DNA of 64,000 nucleotides from Candidatus Hadarchaeum sp. GTDB lineage: Archaea; Hadarchaeota; Hadarchaeia; Hadarchaeales; Hadarchaeaceae. The position numbers and the translations under genes are program-made. The stretch's first letter is position 1. Each line of letters starts with the position of its first letter. Location: positions 1 to 64,000 of the forward strand of contig NZ_JAVZIN010000007.1 in the NCBI RefSeq assembly GCF_038871235.1, written 5' to 3'. Below are positions 46,854-56,622 of this stretch, piece after piece. The notes under the pieces were generated by a model. It did no database searches. It saw only the letters and a program-made list of their open reading frames with translations, and was not told the DNA's origin.

Positions 46854-49158
46854 ACTTCATCTGAGAGGCGGCCACCGCTTGTCCCACCGAGAGGCAGCCG
46901 TCACCCGGTGGTAGAAGTTCATGGCGGATGAATTTTAATCCAGCCTTTTCCACCTCTTTTCTCAAGGCAACGGTAATCGCCCGGTTACAGAAGACTCCGC
47001 CAGAAGCCCCGATAACCTCGATTCCTTCGGATCTTGCCACTTCAAGGGCAATCTGGCCCAGCCCACGGGCAATTGCCAGCTGAGCCGCGGCAGCGATGTG
47101 CTTTCTCGGGATGTGTTTTTTCATGGCAGAAATGATATCGAGTAACAATTTAGAAGTGTTTAAGATCAATTTTCCATCAACTTTTTCGATATGGGGTTCT
47201 ATTTTGGCCTCGCCGGGCTCACCACCTCCTGCGGCAGCCTCCAGTTTTATAGCGGGCTCGCCCTCATAGGTCCGCTGGCAGCATATTCCCAGCAGACAGG
47301 AGATGGCGTCCAAAACCCGGCCGCAACTGCTGCTCAGGAAAATGTTGAATTTTCTTTTCAATTGATGAAGGACCACTTCCCGTTCCTTTTCTCCGTGCTT
47401 AAAGCCGTTCGGGCAGTATTCCCTGAGGAGACGGTCAAGCTCATCTTCCCTGATATGATCCCAGAGAATTCCAGCCACCATTCTGGCCGGGTATACCGCC
47501 GCCAGATCACCGCCTGGCATCATTTGTTTCATCAGGCCCCCTCGATGCTCGTAAGAGTCGAGTCTGGCCACCATGATCTCTCCACCCCAGGCCGTCCCGT
47601 CCGGCCCATAACCGACGCCGTCCGCAGCAACGCCGATGAGTTCGTCGAGCCCGTGTTCAGCCATGAGTGCGCAGAGGTGAGCGTGATGGTGCTGGACGGA
47701 GATGGTGCTGGCTTGGAAAGCCTCCGCCAGCTTAGGGGCAACGCGGGAAGTTGAGTAGCTAGGGTGCAGGTCGTGGGCCACAAGATCAACTTTTTTCAGG
47801 CCCAGCAGGTGCATCAGTCTACCGATGGCCTCCTGTAAGTAGTCAAGGGTTTCGAGCTTGGAGGTGTCCCCGATGTGCTGGCTGGGAAAACATCTGTTGC
47901 CGATTAAAATTGAGGCAGTGACGTTAAGGTCTCCCCCAAGCGCGAGCACGGCTGTCCGGCTGTTGAAGGACAACTGAATGGGCTCGGGGACGAATCCGCG
48001 CGATCGCCTTAGGAAAGCAGGTTTACCCTCAATCATTTTGACTACTGAGTCGTCGCACCTGTTGACGATGACTCGGTTGTGCAGCAGCAGGTAATCAACG
48101 ACATTTCGGAGTTTCTCTAGGGCTGCGCCATTGTCCACGATCATGGGGAGGCCGGTCACGTTGGCGCTCGTCATCACATAGGCGGGATCCTTGCCCATAG
48201 CTAGGAGCAAGTGGTGGATTCCGGAGTAAGGGAGCATTACCCCGACGGTATCGAGTCCTGGAGCCACCAGCTCGGACAGGTAGTAATTGTGGGAGCGTTT
48301 CAGGATGACGATGGGCCGGCGGTAGGAGGTGAGCATTTCCGCCTCTTCCGGCGAGACTTCAGCAAACGTTCTCACCCTCTCCAGATTTCTCGCCATCACT
48401 GCGAATGGCTGCTGGGGGTGGTCGAACTCCCTTCTGAGCCGTTGCAGCACACCGTCGTCGGTGGTCTTAGCTGCGATGTGAATGCCTCCTATTCCCTTCA
48501 CGGCAACTAAATATCCCTCATCAAGCAGGCGCGCGGCTTCAGCAATCGGGTCTTCACTAACAACGATTTCACCGTTGGAGTGATACAGCTTCATGCGCGG
48601 CCCGCAGCTAGGACAGGCGATGGGCTCGGCGTGATATCTCCTATCGGCTGGATTCTGATACTCGCGCAGGCAGTCCGGACACAACGGGAAGAATTTCATC
48701 GAAGTTCTGACCCGGTCGTAGGGAAGCTCTTCAATAATAGTGAATCTTGGGCCACAGTTGACGCAAGTAATGAACGGGTAGTTATGCCTTCGGTCATTTT
48801 TATCGAACATTTCGCTAAGGCAATCCTCGCAGAGGGCAAGGTCTGGAGGGATAACTGAAGGAAGGCCCAATATCTTTTTTTCGCTTGGTTGGACCTGAAA
48901 ATCTTGAAATTGCTTGGATGGCGGTTGCCAGAAAATAGCTAGCGATTCAATCCTTGAAAGCGGAGGTTTTTCAGACCGGAGCGCTTGAATGAATTCCAAA
49001 ATTTTTCCTTTGTCTCCCTCAACTACTATCTGAACTCCAGCATCGCCCATATTGCGAACGAATCCCAGAAGGCGATGTTTAATTGCCAGCCGGTAGACGA
49101 ACGGCCTGAATCCCACGCCTTGGACGATGCCGCTGACCTGAATTTCAGCCCTTTCCAT
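46843..49158 (-). CDS. hypF: [NiFe]-hydrogenase maturation carbamoyltransferase HypF
   Basis: Acylphosphatase domain GIVQGVGFRPF, Zn fingers, KGIGG, QHHHAH, DGVGYG and PPGDG. Confidence 0.96.
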   Translation of the reverse strand: MERAEIQVSGIVQGVGFRPFVYRLAIKHRLLGFVRNMGDAGVQIVVEGDKGKILEFIQALRSEKPPLSRIESLAIFWQPPSKQFQDFQVQPSEKKILGLPSVIPPDLALCEDCLSEMFDKNDRRHNYPFITCVNCGPRFTIIEELPYDRVRTSMKFFPLCPDCLREYQNPADRRYHAEPIACPSCGPRMKLYHSNGEIVVSEDPIAEAARLLDEGYLVAVKGIGGIHIAAKTTDDGVLQRLRREFDHPQQPFAVMARNLERVRTFAEVSPEEAEMLTSYRRPIVILKRSHNYYLSELVAPGLDTVGVMLPYSGIHHLLLAMGKDPAYVMTSANVTGLPMIVDNGAALEKLRNVVDYLLLHNRVIVNRCDDSVVKMIEGKPAFLRRSRGFVPEPIQLSFNSRTAVLALGGDLNVTASILIGNRCFPSQHIGDTSKLETLDYLQEAIGRLMHLLGLKKVDLVAHDLHPSYSTSRVAPKLAEAFQASTISVQHHHAHLCALMAEHGLDELIGVAADGVGYGPDGTAWGGEIMVARLDSYEHRGGLMKQMMPGGDLAAVYPARMVAGILWDHIREDELDRLLREYCPNGFKHGEKEREVVLHQLKRKFNIFLSSSCGRVLDAISCLLGICCQRTYEGEPAIKLEAAAGGGEPGEAKIEPHIEKVDGKLILNTSKLLLDIISAMKKHIPRKHIAAAAQLAIARGLGQIALEVARSEGIEVIGASGGVFCNRAITVALRKEVEKAGLKFIRHELLPPGDGCLSVGQAVAASQMKFKL

Positions 49159-49300
49159 CTCTCTCCCTTTAATTCCAGTTTTTCAGATAATAAATTGAAC
49201 GTGACGCTAATCGCGTTTAATTGAACCAAATCTAGTCGGTAGATATTTTATTGGATATTGAGATCGGTTCGGTATCATCGATTTTTTTCGATTCTGAGGT

Positions 49301-50173
49301 TTATGGTATCCCGAATTTTTGGCACTGTTCGTCAACCATTCTTTGGATCTGAGCTATTTCCTCGTCGGTCAGGTGCCTGAATCTTCCCTGCATTTTCAGG
49401 TAATCGGCGATAGGCCTTCTTTTGGTGGGCTTGAAAGTGACGTTTATCTTGCCGGCTTCATATTCGTAGAGGACCCAAGCCCCAGTGAGCACAGCTAGGC
49501 GAGCCACCTCTATTGACTTGCTGCTTTCTATCCTCCAACCAGGAACGCAGGGCGCGTGAACATGTACGTAAGTCGGCCCCTTGATTGACGCTGCTTTTTT
49601 TAACTTTTTCTGAAAGTCAATTGGATAGGCAACAGAAGCCGTGGCCACGTAAGGGGCTCCGTGAGCAATTATTATCGCAGGTATATCTTTTTTCGGCCGA
49701 TCCTCACCTTTTTTCACCTTTCCGACCGGTGTTGTGGTAGTCCAAGCCCCGAAGGGAGTGGCCCCGCTGCGCTGTATTCCAGTGTTCATGTAAGCCTCAT
49801 TGTCATAGCAGATGTAGAGCATGTCTTCCCAGCGCTCCACAGCACCCGAGAGGGCCTGCAGGCCTATGTCCGCAGTCCCACCGTCGCCTGCTATAGCCAC
49901 TGCTTTAACGTCGTTTTTGCCCAGCACCTTCAGCGCGCGAGAAACACCGGAAGCCACGGCAGCAGCATTTTCAAAGGCAACGTGAATCCAAGGGACCCTC
50001 CAAGCAGTTTGGGGATAGGGGCTGGTGACTATCTCCATGCAGCCGGTGGCCTCACTGATGATGACGTTTTTGCCCAGCGCCTTCAGCGCGTGCCGCAGCG
50101 AGAGCACACAGGCGCAACCAGCACAAGCCCTGTGTCCCGGAGCCAGCAGCTCCAGATCTGAGATGTCTTTCAT
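49301..50173 (-). CDS. porB: Pyruvate:ferredoxin oxidoreductase beta subunit
   Basis: [33 protein letters not shown] and PCVPGW. Confidence 0.93.
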   Translation of the reverse strand: MKDISDLELLAPGHRACAGCACVLSLRHALKALGKNVIISEATGCMEIVTSPYPQTAWRVPWIHVAFENAAAVASGVSRALKVLGKNDVKAVAIAGDGGTADIGLQALSGAVERWEDMLYICYDNEAYMNTGIQRSGATPFGAWTTTTPVGKVKKGEDRPKKDIPAIIIAHGAPYVATASVAYPIDFQKKLKKAASIKGPTYVHVHAPCVPGWRIESSKSIEVARLAVLTGAWVLYEYEAGKINVTFKPTKRRPIADYLKMQGRFRHLTDEEIAQIQRMVDEQCQKFGIP

Positions 50174-50177
50174 TCCA

Positions 50178-51356
50178 TCACTCCTCGACAAGTTTTTCCT
50201 GAAGGCCCAGCCATCTGACTTTTTCTTTCACCTCTCCCGTTTCAGCGGCTTTCTGAGTTTCTCTGACCGCCTGCTCGATCTGGGCCGAGGTAACATCCCG
50301 TCCCGCTAGGCCACAGATGAAGTTGATCATCAATGGAGCTTGTTTAGTATTGGCGAAAGCCGCCGCCGTGTCGATGAAAAGGCCTCCAGCATATCCCAGT
50401 GAGATGTCCTTTTCTAGCACCGCGACCGCTTTGGACTGCCCTAACGTTTCTACTATTTCATCGGTTGGGAAGGGACGGAATGATTTTAGCTTGACCAACC
50501 CCACCTTCTCTCCCTTGCTTCTTAAGTTGTCCACAACGTCCCTTGCGCTGCTGCTGAGCGAGCCCATGGTCAGTATCATCACCTCGGCATCATCGCAGCA
50601 GTATTTTTCCATAATCCCATAACCTCGGCCGAAGCGTTTCTTAAACTCTTCGTCAACTTTAAGGATCTTGGCCTTGGCTCCCTGAACGGCTTTCTGGAGC
50701 AGATACCTGAACTCCATGTAGTATTCTGGCACGCCGACGGCGCCCATCGTAACTGGCTTATCTGGATCGAGCGCGTAGGGATAGTGATAAGGTGGTAGAA
50801 AGGCATCAACTTCCGTCTGCTCCGGGCAGTCCACTGGTTCGAGAGTATGGGAGAGGATATAGCCGTCGTAGCAGATCATGACCGGAAGTAAAAGTTCCTC
50901 GGCTATGCGGAAGGCCTGAATGGTGGTGTCAAGGATCTCTTGGTTGTTTTCACAATAAAGTTGAATCCAGCCAGAGTCCCGCACCGTCATCGAGTCCTGT
51001 TGGTCACACCAGATGCTAAGAGGCGCGGAAACCGAACGATTGGCGTTGGTCATAACTATAGGAAGCCTGAGACCTGAGGCGACGTAGAGCATCTCGTTCA
51101 TGAGAAGAAGTCCTTGGGATGATGTGGCCGTGAAAGCACGGACACCTGTGGCCGCAGCGCCGATGCAGGCGCTCATGGCGCTGTGCTCGGATTCCACCTT
51201 TATGAATTCGGCGTCCAATTCTCCGTTTGAAACGTATTCCGCTAGCTTCTCAACAACTGTGGTCTGAGGCGTAATCGGATAGGCCGAGATGACTTTTACC
51301 CGGGACAGCTTAGCGGCAAGCGCAACCGCCTCGTTTCCATCCATTATCTGCTTCAT
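50178..51356 (-). CDS. porA: Pyruvate:ferredoxin oxidoreductase alpha subunit
   Basis: [22 protein letters not shown] and FRPFP. Confidence 0.93.
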   Translation of the reverse strand: MKQIMDGNEAVALAAKLSRVKVISAYPITPQTTVVEKLAEYVSNGELDAEFIKVESEHSAMSACIGAAATGVRAFTATSSQGLLLMNEMLYVASGLRLPIVMTNANRSVSAPLSIWCDQQDSMTVRDSGWIQLYCENNQEILDTTIQAFRIAEELLLPVMICYDGYILSHTLEPVDCPEQTEVDAFLPPYHYPYALDPDKPVTMGAVGVPEYYMEFRYLLQKAVQGAKAKILKVDEEFKKRFGRGYGIMEKYCCDDAEVMILTMGSLSSSARDVVDNLRSKGEKVGLVKLKSFRPFPTDEIVETLGQSKAVAVLEKDISLGYAGGLFIDTAAAFANTKQAPLMINFICGLAGRDVTSAQIEQAVRETQKAAETGEVKEKVRWLGLQEKLVEE

Positions 51357-51613
51357 GTCTTACATTCCTCCTTCATGGTTATGGCTTTTACCGGGCATTC
51401 GTTGGCGCAGATACCGCAGCCCTTGCAATACCTGAGATCTATCTTGGGTGGTTTTCCCTTGGATATCGCCATTTCCGGGCAGAAGAGCCAGCAGATGCCA
51501 CAGCCGGTGCATTTGGCTGGGTCTATGCTAGGACAGAAAACCCTCCATTCACCTGTCTCATAACTTTCGGCGTTTCCGGGTTCAGTTATTATGGCTCCGG
51601 GTTTAAGCTTCAT
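51353..51613 (-). CDS. porD: Pyruvate:ferredoxin oxidoreductase delta subunit (2x4Fe-4S)
   Basis: TGEWR, CTGCGIC..CP and [12 protein letters not shown]. Confidence 0.93.
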   Translation of the reverse strand: MKLKPGAIITEPGNAESYETGEWRVFCPSIDPAKCTGCGICWLFCPEMAISKGKPPKIDLRYCKGCGICANECPVKAITMKEECKT

Positions 51614-52152
51614 ACTACCACCGTCTCTTCGTATGCTTGCCTAGCTGCGTTAATGTTCTTCTCAGCCATTTTTCCAAATCTCTTTTCAATCACTTTCTGT
51701 ATGGACTCCAACGAGACCACACCGGTAGCTTTTGCTAGAGCGCCGAGCATGGTGGTGTTGGTTATCGGCACACCAATGGCTTCAATTGAGATTTTAGTGG
51801 CATCAACAACGGCGACCTTTACTCCCTTGAGATTTTTTGGGACCTCCTTGGAGTTCAGAATCACGACTCCGTTCGGTTTTAAACCCGCAGCCACGTCTAT
51901 GGAACCGATAAGAGTTGGGTCTAGCACCACCACATAGTCCGGCCTGTAGACCTGTTCATGGGTGCGGATGGGTTGTTTATTTATTCTGGTGAAGGCCACG
52001 ACTGGTGCCCCTCGTCTTTCCGCTCCAAAGAAGGGAAAAGCCTGACAATAGTTTCCCTCAAGGAAAGAGGCCTCCGCCAATAGCCGCGCCGCGGTGACGG
52101 CGCCCTGCCCGCCCCTGCCGTGAAATCTTATCTCTATCGTGATAATCCCCAC
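51610..52152 (-). CDS. porG: Pyruvate:ferredoxin oxidoreductase gamma subunit
   Basis: [25 protein letters not shown] and NT.MLGA. Confidence 0.93.
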
Positions 52153-52286
52153 GCTCAGCTTTTACCAAACTCTGCTTACCTTTATAAATTTTAATCGGTG
52201 GGGTGAATATAATTTAAAATTAATCTTTAGCAGAAAATTTTCGAAAGTGATAAATAAAATAGGGTAAACCTTTATAGGGATTTTCA

Positions 52287-52433
52287 ATGGCTAAAAAGGG
52301 CGAAAAATATCGTTGTGAAAAATGTGGGGCAGTCGTCGTAATAGACGAAGAGTGCGGCTGTGCAGCCTGCGATTTGATCTGTTGCGGCGTGCCGATGAAG
52401 AAAGTCACAAAACCGGCTAAAAAGGCCAAGTAG
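52287..52433 (+). CDS. 48-aa desulforedoxin-like Cys-rich metal-binding peptide (not in ORF track)
   Basis: MAKKGEKYRCEKCGAVVVIDEECGCAACDLICCGVPMKKVTKPAKKAK carries the CxxCG...CCG.PM desulforedoxin pattern. It has an upstream TAAATAAA box and a downstream T-tract. Confidence 0.8.
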   Translation: MAKKGEKYRCEKCGAVVVIDEECGCAACDLICCGVPMKKVTKPAKKAK

Positions 52434-52450
52434 GTTCCTTTCTAGTTATC

Positions 52451-52464
52451 TTTTTCTTTTTTTT
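52451..52464 (+). terminator. Oligo-T tract, probable archaeal terminator
   Basis: TTTTTCTTTTTTTT begins 18 nt after the small-peptide stop. Confidence 0.5.
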
Positions 52465-52565
52465 GGCACTACTTACATTTTTAAAGCTAGGGATTTTGGA
52501 GTTTTTTGGGCGGCTGGGAATCGAAAAAGGTAAAAGTTTTAAAAACAACTTAAATTAGGTGAAAA

Positions 52566-52988
52566 ATGAAAGTGTCAAAGGAATTGTTAGATCTTTTAAA
52601 CGATGCTATTGCTAGAGAACTTCAAGTCGCAATTCAGTACATGTGGCAACACGTAATGTGGGGCGGAGTGAAAGGTTTCGCAGTTAAGGATGAACTGAAG
52701 AAGATAGCGATAGTCGAGATGAAACACGCGGAGAAGATTGCGGAGCGGCTTTACTATCTTGGTGGAGTGCCAACTACCAAGCCCTCTCCGATAGTGGTGG
52801 GCAAGAACCTCAAGGAGATGATCGCCCAGGACATCAAGGATGAAGAAAACGCGATTTCTATGTACAAAAAGATAATCGAGCTGGCCAGAAAAGAAGGCGA
52901 CGAAGTGACCAACTTAATCTTTAGGCACATCCTTGAGGATGAGGAAGAACATCACGACACCTTTACGACGTTGATGGAAGAAATATAA
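52566..52988 (+). CDS. Ferritin-like diiron protein (bacterioferritin/DpsL-like)
   Basis: E..V.IQY, EMKHAE..AER, E..AI..Y and DEEEH ferroxidase ligands. At 140 aa it has no C-terminal E helix. Confidence 0.88.
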   Translation: MKVSKELLDLLNDAIARELQVAIQYMWQHVMWGGVKGFAVKDELKKIAIVEMKHAEKIAERLYYLGGVPTTKPSPIVVGKNLKEMIAQDIKDEENAISMYKKIIELARKEGDEVTNLIFRHILEDEEEHHDTFTTLMEEI

Positions 52989-53122
52989 GTTTGGTTCTAA
53001 TCCGGTAGAAAATATAAAAATATTTTTTTGTTTTTTAAATCAGCGATGGTGCTAGGTAATTTTCGAGCTAAGAAAAGATTTTAAGTTTTCCGTGAATTAA
53101 ATTTTGAGGAATTCAAACGCAG

Positions 53123-53395
53123 ATGAACCATGTCGAGGGAAAGAAAAGGGGGCGCATATTTCTTTTTGCCCTGAGCACGTGCGTCTGGTGCGCCAAAACA
53201 AAGAAGCTTTTAGACGACCTAGGTGTGGATTATTACTACGTGGATGTAGATCTTCTTAAGGGTGAAAGCAGAGAAGAGGCGCTGAAGGAGATGGAGCGCT
53301 GGAATCCCAAGAGATCTTTCCCCACGCTGGTGATAAACGACCGGCACATCGTTGGCTTTGATGAGAAGAAGATAAAAGAGGCGCTAGCTGCGTGA
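53123..53395 (+). CDS. Glutaredoxin-like protein (CVWC, methanoredoxin-like)
   Basis: [15 protein letters not shown] and VGF. It is coupled to the FTR-like gene by a GTGA overlap. Confidence 0.88.
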   Translation: MNHVEGKKRGRIFLFALSTCVWCAKTKKLLDDLGVDYYYVDVDLLKGESREEALKEMERWNPKRSFPTLVINDRHIVGFDEKKIKEALAA

Positions 53396-53895
53396 AAGAG
53401 ATCGCAGTTTCCCCAGAGGAAGTGAATAGGCTTTACGAGAAGTTAAAAAGAGAGGGCGAGGCCGCGGGTTATTACCTGAATGGTGATGTTGAGTTCGCGA
53501 AAAAACTGGTGAAGGGTTTGTTGATAAATGAGCAGAGATACGGTTACTGGTCCTGTCCGTGTAGGCTGGCTTCAGGTAAAAAGGAGGAAGACTTGGATAT
53601 TATTTGTCCCTGTGATTATAGAGATGCAGATCTAGTTGAATACGGATCCTGTTATTGCGGATTGTATGTCTCAAAGGAAGTGTTGGATGGTAACAAGGAG
53701 TTAAAATCAATACCGGAGAGAAGGCCTCCACCGGAAAAAAGAAAAATGTCAGAGGCAACCGTTGAGGGCCCCTTTTTACTCCCGCTCCCGGTCTGGAGAT
53801 GCACCGTCTGCGGTTATCTTTGTGCAAGGGAATCACCGCCGGAGATTTGTCCCATCTGCAAAGCAAAAAAGGATCGCTTTAAGAGGTTCATTTGA
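53392..53895 (+). CDS. Ferredoxin:disulfide reductase (FTR catalytic domain + rubredoxin-like domain)
   Basis: CPCR, CPC and CYC FTR motifs, with C-terminal WRCTVCGY...CPICK. Confidence 0.9.
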   Translation: MKEIAVSPEEVNRLYEKLKREGEAAGYYLNGDVEFAKKLVKGLLINEQRYGYWSCPCRLASGKKEEDLDIICPCDYRDADLVEYGSCYCGLYVSKEVLDGNKELKSIPERRPPPEKRKMSEATVEGPFLLPLPVWRCTVCGYLCARESPPEICPICKAKKDRFKRFI

Positions 53896-53933
53896 GAACG
53901 TCGGTGTGTCGCTACCAGTTCAATTCTCATCGA

Positions 53934-54782
53934 TCACATGAGCTGCAGAAGCGCCTGTTTTATTGAATTTGCTGGGTTTTCATCGGCAAGGATCCTGTCG
54001 CCCAGCAACTGTTTTTCATAGATTTGTTTTTCGACACGGTAGAAGATTCCCAGCGGCATTCTGTCTGTCTCCCCCGCCTTGCTCCATGCGGCTGAGAAGT
54101 TGGTATCATCATGTCCCTCTTTGTTTAGATCGTACATTTTGGGCAGATATTTTTCCCGAACAGGATTGAAAGTAACGCATTCCTGGATCACGTCGATAAA
54201 GCTGAAGCCGCGATGCCTTACTGCTTCCAGCATCATCCCTTTCAGGTGTTTTGAATCTCCGGAGAAGCCTCGAGCCACAAAGGTTGCGCCACAGGCGAGC
54301 ATGAGTTGCAGAGGATTGAGCGGGGTCTCGAAGCTACCCTTAGGCGCTGATTTTGTCCTAAAGCCAACTTTTGTCGTTGGAGTCACCTGCGAGGTCGTCA
54401 GGGCGAAGACCTCGTTGTCGTGCACGATGAGGGTAACGTCCAGATTTCTTCTGGCGGCGTGAACGACGTGGCTGATGCCCTCGGCGTAGGCATCGCCATC
54501 GCCGGCAAAGGCGATGACTTTCAAACGTTGGTTAGCGACTTTTATCCCCATGGCCGGAGGCAGAACCCTCCCGTGGAGGCAGTAGAAGCTGTTGACGCGG
54601 AGATAATCTGAGATTTTACCGTGACAACCAACACCTGAGAGTACCACCACCTCCTCTGGCTTGACCTCTCCGGAGTTCACCAGTTCTGCTAGCACCTGTT
54701 TGGCCGTCACCAGTATGCCGAAGTTATTGCAGCCAGGGCACCAGGTGTTCTTGGTCGGTGTGTCAAAATCCTTCATCTCCAT
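53934..54782 (-). CDS. korB: 2-oxoacid:ferredoxin oxidoreductase beta subunit
   Basis: WCPGCNNFG, GVGCHG, HGR, GDGD..EG and QEC.TF. Confidence 0.92.
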   Translation of the reverse strand: MEMKDFDTPTKNTWCPGCNNFGILVTAKQVLAELVNSGEVKPEEVVVLSGVGCHGKISDYLRVNSFYCLHGRVLPPAMGIKVANQRLKVIAFAGDGDAYAEGISHVVHAARRNLDVTLIVHDNEVFALTTSQVTPTTKVGFRTKSAPKGSFETPLNPLQLMLACGATFVARGFSGDSKHLKGMMLEAVRHRGFSFIDVIQECVTFNPVREKYLPKMYDLNKEGHDDTNFSAAWSKAGETDRMPLGIFYRVEKQIYEKQLLGDRILADENPANSIKQALLQLM

Positions 54783-56464
54783 CCGAACGCCTCCTTAATC
54801 CTCTCCGCCAGCAGGATTTGGTCAAATGGTCTGCCATCATTTTTGAGCACCGTGTTTTCGATTCTGAAGCCAGTATGTTCAGCGATCAGTGAGCCAAGTT
54901 GCCCCGTCATGTTGCCCTCGACCAATAGAACTTTTTTCGCCAGCTTCAAGTGCTTGTTGATCTCCCAACCCGGAAAGGGACTCAGGTACAAAACCTGTAT
55001 GAATTTCAACGGTTTTTTTATCAGCTCCATGACCTCTAGCACTGCTCCTTTAGTGGACCCCCAGGCTACCACAAGGTTTTCGGCAGATGTGTCGCCGTAT
55101 ATCTTAACTGTTTCTCTTTCCTTCAAATCTTGGATCAGGGACGAAAGCTTACGCATTCTTTTTTCCTGCATTTTCTGAATGCCCTCGGGGCTTTCCTCAG
55201 CATAACCATATTCATTGTGTTCGTAGCTGGTGACTTTGACAACCTTTCCGGCCCAACCCGGGAATGCTAACGGTGAAATCCCACTTTCAGTAAATCTATA
55301 CCTACGGTAATCTCCGCTATCTTCTTCCGCGATCTCGGCTGGTTCCACCTTCACTTTGTTCTCCTCAATATAGATGCTCATGTAGCTCTCCAGAAGATGT
55401 TTGTCTACAAGCACAATGGCAGGCGACTGATATTTCCAAGCTAAGTTTATGGCTTCCCCCGTCTTAATGAAAGCCTCTTCAGGATCTCCCGGAGCAACAA
55501 CGATTCGCGGAAATTCACCATGTCCGGCGCCGACGGCGAATTTAAGATCTGCCTGCGCCGTGTAGGTGGGCGCTCCTACGGCCGGCGCAACCCTTTGTCC
55601 CACGACGAAAACCACCGGTATCTCGGCTTGACCAGCCATGCTGAAAGCTTCCTGCATTAGGGCGAAGCCTCCGCCTGCGGTGCCGACCATTGTCCTCACA
55701 CCCGCATAGGCAGCTCCAAGTGCCATATTCGCCGCGCCGATTTCATTTTCAGGATGCACCAACACTACTCCTAGCGACTCTTGGTTGGGACCGATATAGT
55801 TCAGTATTGCGGTTGAGGGAGTCATCGGATAGGTCACATAAAGTTTCATGCCCGCCTTAACAGCCCCCAGTGCCACAGCTTCAGCGCCTGAGATAAAAGG
55901 AGTCTGTTCGCGTGAAATTGGTTTAATTGTCAGGATTTTCTCGAAGTTTTTCTCAGCATAGTCATAGCCAGCCCTTGCTAGCTCAATATTTTTGGTGGCC
56001 TTGTCCCCATAGGCCTGCATGAGGATATCATTAGCTAGACTTGGGGGGATGCCGTAAAGGTAAGCTATGGCTCCTATCAGGACAGAGTTCCTCATTATGG
56101 GTGAACCGCCAGCTTGTTTTACCATGTCAGTGAGGGGTATTGGCAGGCTTTCGTGAGATCCCTTGTATTGGGAAACGTCGCTGTCATAGAGGATGCGGCC
56201 GCCGTCGACAAGCTCCTTTTCATGCTTGGCGATGGTATCTTGATTGACGGCGGCGATGAGGTCGATCGATTCTCGGTGAAGCCAGAGTTGTCTCTCTGAA
56301 ATCCTGATTTTGCAGAAGTTGTGGCCGCCGCGAATTAATGATCCGTAGTCATTTATTACAAAGACGTAAAGTCCCATTCGGTTGAAGATCCTTCCGATGA
56401 GTTCAGCCGTACGCATTACACCATCGCCGGCTTGCCCTCCAACGAGCAAAGAAACGTCCGTCAT
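54773..56464 (-). CDS. korA: 2-oxoacid:ferredoxin oxidoreductase alpha subunit (gamma-alpha fusion)
   Basis: GGQAGDG, IRGGHN, YPMTPS, ENEI, GHGEFP and EGNMTGQL. Confidence 0.92.
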   Translation of the reverse strand: MTDVSLLVGGQAGDGVMRTAELIGRIFNRMGLYVFVINDYGSLIRGGHNFCKIRISERQLWLHRESIDLIAAVNQDTIAKHEKELVDGGRILYDSDVSQYKGSHESLPIPLTDMVKQAGGSPIMRNSVLIGAIAYLYGIPPSLANDILMQAYGDKATKNIELARAGYDYAEKNFEKILTIKPISREQTPFISGAEAVALGAVKAGMKLYVTYPMTPSTAILNYIGPNQESLGVVLVHPENEIGAANMALGAAYAGVRTMVGTAGGGFALMQEAFSMAGQAEIPVVFVVGQRVAPAVGAPTYTAQADLKFAVGAGHGEFPRIVVAPGDPEEAFIKTGEAINLAWKYQSPAIVLVDKHLLESYMSIYIEENKVKVEPAEIAEEDSGDYRRYRFTESGISPLAFPGWAGKVVKVTSYEHNEYGYAEESPEGIQKMQEKRMRKLSSLIQDLKERETVKIYGDTSAENLVVAWGSTKGAVLEVMELIKKPLKFIQVLYLSPFPGWEINKHLKLAKKVLLVEGNMTGQLGSLIAEHTGFRIENTVLKNDGRPFDQILLAERIKEAFGWR

Positions 56465-56569
56465 GATATCCTAGTCGCATTTATTTAGTTTGAATTAGTA
56501 AAAAAGCCTTTTACCACTTAGCGGCACTTCTTTAGATCGGCTTTAATTTTTTCTAGAAAATCGTTTTAA

Positions 56570-56610
56570 TTAGGTTCGCCTAAGGTTTTTATTAAGTTAG
56601 GTCTACCTAA
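56570..56610. promoter_or_regulatory. Tandem DtxR/IdeR-type operators flanking a TATA box
   Basis: TTAGGTTCGCCTAA (56570-56583) and TTAAGTTAGGTCTACCTAA (56592-56610) flank TTTTTATTAA directly upstream of dtxR-feoB. They resemble the DtxR consensus TTAGGTTAGSCTAACCTAA. Confidence 0.75.
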
Positions 56611-56622
56611 TTTTTGAGCACC

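Noticed and set aside
52220-52429. 69-aa minus-strand ORF in the track
   Set aside because: It is the antisense of the better-supported plus-strand desulforedoxin-like peptide.
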